NCBI GenBank assembly: GCA_937975725.1
Contig: CALJUL010000105.1
Span: 1 to 21,550, forward strand
DNA from: an uncultured Pseudoxanthomonas sp.
Lineage (GTDB): Bacteria; Pseudomonadota; Gammaproteobacteria; Xanthomonadales; Xanthomonadaceae
Length of the DNA stretch: 21,550 bases
Reading direction: 5' to 3'
Under the pieces are notes generated by a model. It saw only the letters and a list, made by a program, of their open reading frames with translations, was not told the DNA's origin and ran no database searches. How positions within the stretch are numbered: position 1 is the first letter of the stretch; every line of letters starts with the position of its first letter. This document shows positions 7,314 through 16,564 of the stretch, in pieces. A program made the translations under genes and the position numbers.

Positions 7314-8117
7314 ATGACGGAATCGTCCCGGAACGGGCCCCTCGCGGTGCTGCGGCAGGGCGCGGTGGCCCGCCTGCGGCTGGAGCGCCCGGCGCTGCAC
7401 AACGCCTTCGACGCCGGCCTGATCGCCGCGCTGACCGCGACGCTGGAAGGGCTCGCCGCCGACCCGTCGGTGCGCGTGGTGGTGCTGGAAGGCAGCGGCG
7501 CCTCGTTCTCGGCCGGCGCCGACCTGCACTGGATGCGCGGCATGGCCGCGGCCGGCGAGGCCGAGAACCGGGCCGACGCCCTGGCCCTGGCCCGGCTGAT
7601 GCGCACCCTGGACGAACTGCCCAGGCCCACCGTGGCCCGCGTGCACGGCGCGGCCTTCGGCGGCGGCGTGGGGCTGGTGGCCTGCTGCGACATCGCCATC
7701 GGCACGCCGGAGGCGAAATTCGGCCTGACCGAAAGCAAGCTGGGCCTGCTGCCCGCGGTGATTTCGCCCTATGTCGTCGCCGCCATCGGCGCCCGCCAGG
7801 CGCGGCGCTACTTCGCCACCGCGGAGATCTTCGACGCCCCCGAGGCGCAGCGGATCGGGCTGTTGCACCAGGTCGTGCCGGCCGACGCCCTGGACGCCGC
7901 CGTGGACCGGCAGATCGCTCTGCTGCTCAAGGCCGGTCCCCTCGCCTGCGCCGGCGCCAAGCGGCTGGTGCGCGACGTCGCCAGGCACGGCGACCGCGAC
8001 GCGCTGGACCGGGCCAACGCCGAGCTGATCGCACGCCTGCGCATTTCCCCGGAAGGCCAGGAAGGCCTGACGGCCTTTCTCGACAAGCGCGCGCCCGCCT
8101 GGGCGGCGAAGGAGTGA
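7314..8117 (+). CDS. liuC: Enoyl-CoA hydratase family protein, probably methylglutaconyl-CoA hydratase
   Basis: Crotonase-fold signature: VVVLEGSGASFSAGADLHWM ... ARVHGAAFGGGVGLVACCDIAIG. It sits among the mccB, mccA and HMG-CoA lyase genes. The ATG at 7314 has GGAG 9 nt upstream. An in-frame TTG at 7296 is the alternative start. Confidence 0.8.
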   Translation: MTESSRNGPLAVLRQGAVARLRLERPALHNAFDAGLIAALTATLEGLAADPSVRVVVLEGSGASFSAGADLHWMRGMAAAGEAENRADALALARLMRTLDELPRPTVARVHGAAFGGGVGLVACCDIAIGTPEAKFGLTESKLGLLPAVISPYVVAAIGARQARRYFATAEIFDAPEAQRIGLLHQVVPADALDAAVDRQIALLLKAGPLACAGAKRLVRDVARHGDRDALDRANAELIARLRISPEGQEGLTAFLDKRAPAWAAKE

Positions 8118-8121
8118 ACCC

Positions 8122-8514
8122 ATGATCGACCATCTCGGCATCCAGGTCGCCGACTACCCGCGCAGCCGCGCCTTCTACGAGACCGTGCTCGCCACGCTGG
8201 GCTACGGCGTGGCGATGGAAGTGACCCGAGCCATGAGCGGCGGCTACGAAGGCTGCGGCTTCGGCCCGCCGGGGCGCCCGCACTTCTGGGTGGGCGCCTG
8301 CGGCAACGGCGCCGCCAGCGGCAGCGTGCACATCGCCTTCGCGGCGCAGACCCGCGCCCAGGTGGACGCCTTCCACGCCGCCGCCCTGGCCGCCGGCGCG
8401 CGCGACAACGGCGCCCCCGGCCTGCGCCCGCACTACCACCCCCACTACTACGGCGCCTTCGCCATCGACCCGGACGGCCACAACATCGAGGCGGTGTGCC
8501 ACGCTGCCGGATAA
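8122..8514 (+). CDS. VOC (glyoxalase/bleomycin-resistance/dioxygenase) family protein
   Basis: MIDHLGIQVADYPRSRAFYETVLATLGY ... HIAFAA ... HPHYYGAFAIDPDGHNIEAV is the typical VOC pattern. AAGGAG lies 7 nt upstream. The start is 4 nt after the liuC stop. Confidence 0.8.
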   Translation: MIDHLGIQVADYPRSRAFYETVLATLGYGVAMEVTRAMSGGYEGCGFGPPGRPHFWVGACGNGAASGSVHIAFAAQTRAQVDAFHAAALAAGARDNGAPGLRPHYHPHYYGAFAIDPDGHNIEAVCHAAG

Positions 8515-8515
8515 A

Positions 8516-8961
8516 GGATTTCGCCACGGATTTCACGGATGAACGCGGATAAGGCTTTACTGCACAAGGAACTGACCGATCATGTCCTGGGAGCGTTCTA
8601 CGATGTCTACAACGCTCTCGGACATGGTTTCCTGGAAAGCGTCTACGAGAATGCGCTGGCGATGATCCTGGAAGAAAACGGCATATCGGTGACGAAGCAG
8701 CACCCGATCGACATCGTCTTCAAAGGGCGTTGCATCGGTCAATTCCGCGCCGACCTGCTGGTGGAGCATTCGTTGATCGTCGAAATCAAGGCACAAGCGA
8801 ACCTGATGCCCGTCCATGAAGCGCAATTGCTGAACTACCTCAAGGCCACCGGCCTTTCCGTCGGGCTGCTGCTGAACTTCGGTCCCCGCCCGCAGTTCAA
8901 GCGCCGCATCTTCACCTCCCGCCCCATCCGCGTCGATCCGCGCAAATCCGTGGCCGAATCC
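8516..8961. mobile_element. Inverted-repeat-bounded, low-G+C unit carrying the GxxExxY gene (putative selfish or MITE-like insertion)
   Basis: Left end 8516-8550 is GGATTTCGCCACGGATTTCACGGATGAACGCGGAT. The reverse complement of the right end 8926-8961 is GGATTCGGCCACGGATTTGCGCGGATCGACGCGGAT. About 30 of 36 aligned positions match. Each end carries three CRCGGAT heptads. The unit fills the whole VOC-mccA intergenic gap. Confidence 0.4.
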
Positions 8962-8962
8962 C

Positions 8963-8970
<8 letters not shown>
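8539..8970 (+). CDS. GxxExxY protein (PD-(D/E)XK nuclease superfamily)
   Basis: Eponymous motif GFLESVY within [16 protein letters not shown]-(D/E)XK-like core is present in [16 protein letters not shown]. 143 aa. G+C is clearly lower than in the neighbours. The last 8 nt overlap the mccA start. Confidence 0.85.
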
Positions 8971-10944
<1,974 letters not shown>

Positions 10945-10956
10945 ACCCCTGCTGAC

Positions 10957-10992
10957 GGTTGCCCGGCCGGTCGGGCCGGCAACCTTGCTTGC
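10957..10992 (+). terminator. Putative intrinsic terminator after mccA
   Basis: GGTTGCCCGGCC-ggtc-GGGCCGGCAACC forms an ~11-bp stem with one bulged C, 13 nt after the stop. It is followed by TTGCTTGCGGCCTTTCC, a partial T-run. Confidence 0.5.
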
Positions 10993-11268
10993 GGCCTTTC
11001 CTCGCCCGGCCCCGATCCGGCGCCCGGTCGGCTGTTCCTCCGCCAGCCCGTCCCACGCTTTCAGTCCTTACTTCCCGACACCCTGATCCCCGGCCGCGAA
11101 CACGCGCCGGCAGATCCGCCGTGGCCGGGCACGCCTCGTCATCGATCAGGACACCGCGGGATCGCCGGTCCCGCCATCGGCGCCGTGCCGGCAAATGTTA
11201 GTGGTCAAAATTTTTGATGGAGCCAATATTTCTCCCCCCCGACCTCCGCCGAACACAGGACACGCCCG

Positions 11269-13515
11269 ATGACCCGCCGTTCCTACGCTCCCTCCGCTCC
11301 GCGCCGCACCCGCCTGATGCACGGCATCGCCCTGGTCCTGATCGGCGGCGGCCTGCTCGGCAACGCCCACGCCGCCGACGCCCCGATGGCGGGCCAGGAA
11401 CGCGCGCCGCAGGAGTCCGCCACCACGCTGGACGGCATCACCGTCACCGCCAGCAAGCGCTCGCAGTCGCTGCAGAAGGTGCCCTTCAGCATCGCCGCGG
11501 TCAGCCGCGAGGAACTGGACAACGCCGGCGCGCGCAACTTCACCGACCTGATCGCCGCCACGCCCAGCCTGTCCGCGTTCCAGACCGGCAGCGGCCGCTC
11601 GCAACTGAGCATGCGCGGCGTCAGCGCGGGCGCGTCCTCCGAGGACGATCCGCAGACCCAGGAGACCGTCGGCCTGTACGTGGACGACGCGCCGGTCGCG
11701 GTCAACGGCTTCAACCCCGAGGCCGGCCTGTTCGACCTGGAGCGGGTGGAAGTGCTGCGCGGCCCGCAGGGCACGCTGTACGGCGCCGGCGCGATGAGCG
11801 GCGCGCTGCGCATGGTCACGCGCAAGCCGCAGATGGACACGGTGGAAGGCAGCCTGGAGACCGGCGTGGCCGGCATCCACAACGGCGGCACCAGCCACAG
11901 CGTGAAAGGCGTCGTCAACCTGCCGATCAATCCGGCGGCGGCGATCCGCGCGTCCGCCTACACCGACCATTTCGGCGGCTTCATCGACAACCTGGGCACC
12001 GGCGAGGACGACATCAACCGCAGCACCACCCGCGGCGCGCGCGTGGCGCTGCGGCTGCTGCCCAGCGACCGCTACACCGTCGACCTCAGCGCCTGGGCGC
12101 AGAGCCTGCGCGACCACGGCCGCGGCATCGACGAGGGCGGGCTCGCCCGCAGCAGCCTGTCGCCGGAAGGCTCACGGCAGCGCTTCAACCTGTCCAACCT
12201 GACCGTGACCGGCGAGTACGGCTGGGGCAGTCTGGTGTCGTCCACCTCCTACATGGACCTGGACGTGCTCAACCGCTGGGCGCTGGACAAGACCCTGGAA
12301 CTGTTCACCACCGAGCTGCATTCGGCGCTGGCCGACACCACGCGGCTGCATTCGCTGTCCCAGGAACTGCGTGCCGTCTCCGGCAACGACGGTCCGCTCA
12401 AGTGGCTGATCGGCGGCTACTACGGCCAGCGCATGCGCGGCTACACCAACGCCTGGCCGGTGCCGGGCTGGGACGATGCCACCGGCCTGGTGTCGGCGGA
12501 TTTCGGCGCGCCGGACGACTATCCGTTCTGGGGCATCCAGAACGTGCGCACCCGCGAGGTGGCGCTGTTCGGCGAAGCGACCTATGGCTGGAAGCAGTGG
12601 GACTTCACCGCCGGCCTGCGCGCGTTCGACTGGAGGATGAACCGCTGGCAGTACCAGTCCGGCTTCTTCAATGGCGGCGCCACCTCCAACGGCCGCCAGC
12701 ACACCCGCGAATCCGGCATCAATCCCAAGTTCAACGTCGGCTACCGGGTCAACGACCGCCACCTGGTGTACGCGCAGGCGGCCAAGGGCTTCCGCTACGG
12801 CGGCGTGAACCAGATCATCCCCATGAACCTGTGCGCGCAGGAACTGCTCGACAACCAGTTGTCGCCACGCGCGGCCTACGGCTCGGACCACCTGTGGAAC
12901 TACGAGATCGGCCACAAGTCGCAGTTCCTCGACCGCACCCTGACCCTCAACAGCAGCGCCTACCTGATCAAGTGGAGCGACGTGCAGGTGCGGCGCGGCC
13001 TCAACTGCGGCGTCAACTACCGCGAGAACGCGGCCGGCGTGACCACCAAGGGCTTCGAAATGGAGCTGGCCTGGCGCCCGGTCGCCGGCCTGGCGGTCAA
13101 GGCCGGCCTGGGCTACACCCACGCCACCCTGGACGCCGACATGAGCGCGCTGTCGGCGCACGCGGGCGACCGCGCGCCGTTCGTGCCGCGGGTGACCTTC
13201 AACACCTCGGCCGAATACGGCTTCCCGGTCGGCAGCGGCGTGGACGGATTCGTGTGGGGAAGCTGGCAGTACGTCGGCCGCCGCCAGACCGACTTCAACC
13301 CCGACCTGTCCACCTACCGCGAGATGGACGCCTACCGCACCGCCGGCCTGCGAGGCGGCCTGCGCTGGGAACAGGTCGAGCTCTCCGTGTTCGTGCAGAA
13401 CCTGACCGACAGCGGCGGCGTGGTGCGGCAGGTGGCGTCCACGCCGTTCTATCCCGACGGCGCCTACCGGATCACGCCGCGGACCACCGGCCTGAGCCTG
13501 CGCTACACGTTCTGA
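11269..13515 (+). CDS. TonB-dependent outer-membrane receptor
   Basis: Signal peptide ...LLGNAHAADAP. Plug region TLDGITVTASKRSQSLQKVPFSIAAVSREELDNAGARNFTDL ... RVEVLRGPQGTLYGAGAMSGALR. Beta-barrel ending in the terminal ...GLSLRYTF. AGGA lies 8 nt upstream. An internal Met (MHGIALVL) is an alternative start. Confidence 0.9.
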   Translation: MTRRSYAPSAPRRTRLMHGIALVLIGGGLLGNAHAADAPMAGQERAPQESATTLDGITVTASKRSQSLQKVPFSIAAVSREELDNAGARNFTDLIAATPSLSAFQTGSGRSQLSMRGVSAGASSEDDPQTQETVGLYVDDAPVAVNGFNPEAGLFDLERVEVLRGPQGTLYGAGAMSGALRMVTRKPQMDTVEGSLETGVAGIHNGGTSHSVKGVVNLPINPAAAIRASAYTDHFGGFIDNLGTGEDDINRSTTRGARVALRLLPSDRYTVDLSAWAQSLRDHGRGIDEGGLARSSLSPEGSRQRFNLSNLTVTGEYGWGSLVSSTSYMDLDVLNRWALDKTLELFTTELHSALADTTRLHSLSQELRAVSGNDGPLKWLIGGYYGQRMRGYTNAWPVPGWDDATGLVSADFGAPDDYPFWGIQNVRTREVALFGEATYGWKQWDFTAGLRAFDWRMNRWQYQSGFFNGGATSNGRQHTRESGINPKFNVGYRVNDRHLVYAQAAKGFRYGGVNQIIPMNLCAQELLDNQLSPRAAYGSDHLWNYEIGHKSQFLDRTLTLNSSAYLIKWSDVQVRRGLNCGVNYRENAAGVTTKGFEMELAWRPVAGLAVKAGLGYTHATLDADMSALSAHAGDRAPFVPRVTFNTSAEYGFPVGSGVDGFVWGSWQYVGRRQTDFNPDLSTYREMDAYRTAGLRGGLRWEQVELSVFVQNLTDSGGVVRQVASTPFYPDGAYRITPRTTGLSLRYTF

Positions 13516-13613
13516 GCGCCGCGGCCGCCACCGCGCGGAATGCGGGCGGACGCGCCATCGCCGTCACGGCGAGCCGCCCGCTCGGGTCCGCGCATTTGTG
13601 AGATAAACCATCC

Positions 13614-14621
13614 ATGTCCCGGAGGCGCCTCGTGACATCCCTTTTCTCCGCCGCACCTTGCCGATGGCGGCGCGGTGCGTGGTCGTGCCTGCTGCTTGCC
13701 GCCAGTTCCCTTCCCCTGCCCCTCCTGGCCGCCATGCCCGACACCACGACCCGCCCGCAACAGGCACCGTTGACCCTAGACGACATCCTGGCCGGCAGCC
13801 AGCCGCAGGAATGGGAACCGCTGGACCCGGACAACACGCTCTACCTGGAACTGCCTGGCGGCCGGGTGGTCATCAAGCTGGCGCCCGACTTCGCCCCGCG
13901 CCACATTGCCAACATCAAGGCGCTGGCGCGCGAGCGCTACTACGACGGCCTGGCGATCGTCCGCGCCCAGGACAACTACGTGGTGCAGCTCAACGACCCG
14001 GACGCCGAGGACGAAGGGAAGCGGCGCCCGATCCTGCACGCCGCCCGCACCCTGCCGGCGGAGTTCAGCGTCGCCGCCGCCGGCATTCCCTTCCAGCCGC
14101 TGCCCGACCCGGACGTATACGCACCGCAGACCGGCTTCTCGCGCGGCTTCGCCGCCGCGCGCGACCCGCAGCAGGACCAGGCCTGGCTGACCCATTGCTA
14201 CGCGGCGGTGGGCGTGGGCCGCAACCTCGATGCCGATTCCGGCGGCGGACCGGAGCTGTACGTCGTCATCGGCAGCGCGCCGCGCCACCTCGACCGCAAC
14301 GTCACCCTGGTCGGCCGCGTGGTCCAGGGCATCGAACTGCTCTCCACCCTGCCGCGCGGCACCGGCCCCTACGGCATGTACGCCGATCCGGCCCAGCGCG
14401 TTCCGGTCCGCGCACTGCGGCTGGCGGCGGACCTGCCGGCAGCCGAGCGCACCGCACTGGAAACCCTGCGCACCGATTCGGCCTCCTTCGTCCGCCTGAT
14501 CGAAGCGCGCCGCCATCCGCCGGGCGACTGGTTCGCCTACCGGGCGGGCCGCGCCGACGTCTGCAACATCCCGATTCCCGTCCGTCCGCTCCGCACCGCG
14601 CCGGACACGCCCGCCCCATGA
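13614..14621 (+). CDS. Secreted cyclophilin-like peptidyl-prolyl isomerase family protein
   Basis: N-terminal signal-like segment. [44 protein letters not shown] follows the cyclophilin pattern (G.v.i.L....AP..v.N...L.....YDG..f.R....f..Q). Confidence 0.65.
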   Translation: MSRRRLVTSLFSAAPCRWRRGAWSCLLLAASSLPLPLLAAMPDTTTRPQQAPLTLDDILAGSQPQEWEPLDPDNTLYLELPGGRVVIKLAPDFAPRHIANIKALARERYYDGLAIVRAQDNYVVQLNDPDAEDEGKRRPILHAARTLPAEFSVAAAGIPFQPLPDPDVYAPQTGFSRGFAAARDPQQDQAWLTHCYAAVGVGRNLDADSGGGPELYVVIGSAPRHLDRNVTLVGRVVQGIELLSTLPRGTGPYGMYADPAQRVPVRALRLAADLPAAERTALETLRTDSASFVRLIEARRHPPGDWFAYRAGRADVCNIPIPVRPLRTAPDTPAP

Positions 14622-14715
14622 CCGGCACCGGGGCGAGGCGGTGTGGCGGGGGCTCGGGACCGTTCCCGGCGGGCGGACTTCCGCCCTTCCCTTGCACGCC
14701 TCCGTCGACCGAGCC

Positions 14716-15366
14716 ATGAAGAAAAAGAAAGCCGGCAACCCCGCTCCCGCGCCGGCCATCGCCGCCCTCCACGAGGGCACCGCCTCCATGCGCCGGCTCG
14801 CCCTCGGCGCGCACCTGCGGCAGAGGCGCAAGCAGATGAAGCTGACGCTGGACCAGCTCAGCCAGCGCAGCGGCCTGTCCACGCCCTTCCTTTCGCAACT
14901 GGAACGCAACCTGGCGACGCCCTCACTGGTCTCGCTGCTGGCCCTCACCCGCGCCCTGCAACTGGACGTGCAGGCCCTGCTGCAAGTGCCCGGCGAACGC
15001 CACATGGTGTGCCGCGCCGGCCAGCGCCCGCAGATCCGCACCGACTCGCCTGCGCGCTACTTCGACCTGTCCTCGGCGCTGCCGATGCGGCAACTGGATG
15101 CGCTGATGATGGAAATCCCCGCCGGCCACGTCTATCCGCTGGACCAGCGCAACGGCGAGGAATTCCTCTACGTACTGGAAGGCGAGCTGTACGTGGAGGT
15201 CGGCGAGGTCAGGACCACGCTGAAGGCCGGCGACAGCCTGCATTTCAACTCTCAATTGCCACACCGTTCCGAGAACCGCAGCGAGCGGACGGTGCGGCTG
15301 CTCTACGTCGGCACCCCCAGCGTGCTGCGGGACGCGCGGGGCGACCTGCCCGGCACGCCCGCCTGA
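14716..15366 (+). CDS. XRE-family HTH transcriptional regulator with a C-terminal cupin domain
   Basis: HTH segment LGAHLRQRRKQMKLTLDQLSQRSGLSTPFLSQLERNLATPSLVSLLALTRAL. Cupin segment GEEFLYVLEGELYVEVGEVRTTLKAGDSLHFNSQLPHR. An internal Met at 14788 is an alternative start. Confidence 0.8.
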   Translation: MKKKKAGNPAPAPAIAALHEGTASMRRLALGAHLRQRRKQMKLTLDQLSQRSGLSTPFLSQLERNLATPSLVSLLALTRALQLDVQALLQVPGERHMVCRAGQRPQIRTDSPARYFDLSSALPMRQLDALMMEIPAGHVYPLDQRNGEEFLYVLEGELYVEVGEVRTTLKAGDSLHFNSQLPHRSENRSERTVRLLYVGTPSVLRDARGDLPGTPA

Positions 15367-15670
15367 GGCCGCGCCGGGCCGCGGCCCGGGCTCCCCAAAC
15401 CCGGTGCCGCCCCCGTATCCTGTCGCGCAGGGCGACCGGGCGGCGGCCCCCGCTCGGCCCGCGCCACCGGGTCCGGCGGGTACATCCGGCCGGCGCTGCC
15501 GTTTTCCGTCCTCTTTGCCGTATTGCTGAGGACAAGGGAACAAACCACGCCATGCCCGACGCCGTCCACGCGCCAGACCACATCGAGCGAAACCGGCCAT
15601 GCGCGCCGGCAACCGGCGCCGGCCTGCCACCATGCGCGGCACCGGCCGATGCGCCGTCGGAGCGCCGGCC

Positions 15671-16564
15671 ATGAGCGACTTCGTCAGGATCGTGGAAGTC
15701 GGGCCGCGCGACGGCCTGCAGAACGAGAAGGCGCTCGTCCCCACGGCAAGCAAGGTCGAACTGATCGACCGCCTGTCCGCCACCGGTCTGTCCACCATCG
15801 AGGCCACCAGCTTCGTCAGCCCGCGCTGGGTACCGCAACTGGCCGATGCCGCCGAGGTGTTCGCGGCCATCCGCCGCCGCCCCGGCACGTCCTATCCGGT
15901 GCTGGTGCCCAACGAGACCGGCTACGAACGCGCGCGCGCCGCCGGGGCGGAGGAAGTGGCGGTGTTCACCGCGGCCTCCGAAGCCTTCAACCGCAAGAAC
16001 ATCAACGCCGGCATCGACGAGTCCATCGAGCGCTTCCGTCCGGTGCTGGAACGCGCCGCCGCCGACGGGGTGAAAGTACGCGGCTACGTCTCCACCGTGC
16101 TGGGCTGCCCCTACCAGGGCGAGGTGCCGGTCGCCGACGTGGTGCGCGTGGCAGCGCGGCTGCACGCCCTGGGCTGCTACGAGATCTCGCTGGGCGACAC
16201 CATCGGCGTGGGCACACCGCGCAAGGCGGCCGGCATGCTGCGGGCGGTGGCGGCGGAAGTGCCGATGCCGGCGCTGGCGGTGCATTTCCACGACACCTAC
16301 GGACAGGCGCTGGCCAACATCCTGGCCTGCCTGGACGCCGGCGTGCGCGTGGTCGACGCGGCCGTCTCCGGCGCCGGCGGCTGCCCCTACGCCAAGGGCG
16401 CCAGCGGCAACGTCGCCAGCGAGGACGTGGTCTACCTGCTGCACGGCCTGGGCCTGCGCACCGGCGTGGACCTGCCGCTGCTGGCCGAAACCGGGCGCTG
16501 GCTGGCCGGCCTGCTCGGCCGCGAGACCGGCAGTCGCGCCGGCAAGGCACTGGGGGCGGCATGA
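15671..16564 (+). CDS. liuE: Hydroxymethylglutaryl-CoA lyase
   Basis: VRIVEVGPRDGLQNEKALVPTASKVELIDRLSATGLSTIEATSFVSPRWVPQLADA ... HFHDTYGQALANILACLDAGV ... GGCPYAKGASGNVASEDVVYLL are the canonical HMGL motifs. GGAG lies 8 nt upstream of the ATG at 15671. The upstream extension to 15599 is Arg-rich and was rejected. Confidence 0.9.
   Translation: MSDFVRIVEVGPRDGLQNEKALVPTASKVELIDRLSATGLSTIEATSFVSPRWVPQLADAAEVFAAIRRRPGTSYPVLVPNETGYERARAAGAEEVAVFTAASEAFNRKNINAGIDESIERFRPVLERAAADGVKVRGYVSTVLGCPYQGEVPVADVVRVAARLHALGCYEISLGDTIGVGTPRKAAGMLRAVAAEVPMPALAVHFHDTYGQALANILACLDAGVRVVDAAVSGAGGCPYAKGASGNVASEDVVYLLHGLGLRTGVDLPLLAETGRWLAGLLGRETGSRAGKALGAA

Noticed and set aside
5470-7317. 615-aa plus-strand ORF antisense to feoB/feoA. 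I treated similar ORFs the same way: 157..1524(-), 8557..10050(-), 11214..13601(+), 13776..15041(-), 15245..16597(-).
   Set aside because: All are Arg/Gly/Pro/Ala/His-rich, lack recognisable domains, and overlap well-supported genes on the other strand or in another frame.
10993-11268. Riboswitch (B12 or TPP) upstream of the TonB-dependent receptor
   Set aside because: I could not find the B12 box or the CTGAGA / ACCTGATCTGGATAATGCCAGCG-type TPP elements. ACCCTGATCC at ~11081 is too short to be meaningful. I kept the region only as a low-interest place to scan.
15599-15670. N-terminal extension of the HMG-CoA lyase ORF (MRAGNRRRPATMRGTGRCAVGAPA)
   Set aside because: The extension is Arg-rich and not part of the HMGL family N-terminus. 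The ATG at 15671 has a GGAG at proper spacing and gives the usual ..VRIVEVGPRDGLQNE start.
15367-15670. Possible sRNA or terminator in the 304-nt spacer before liuE, including the 16-nt palindrome CCGGGCCGCGGCCCGG just after the XRE-cupin stop
   Set aside because: G+C-rich palindromes of this kind are frequent by chance at this composition. There is no U-tract, no recognisable promoter pair, and nothing else to support an RNA gene.
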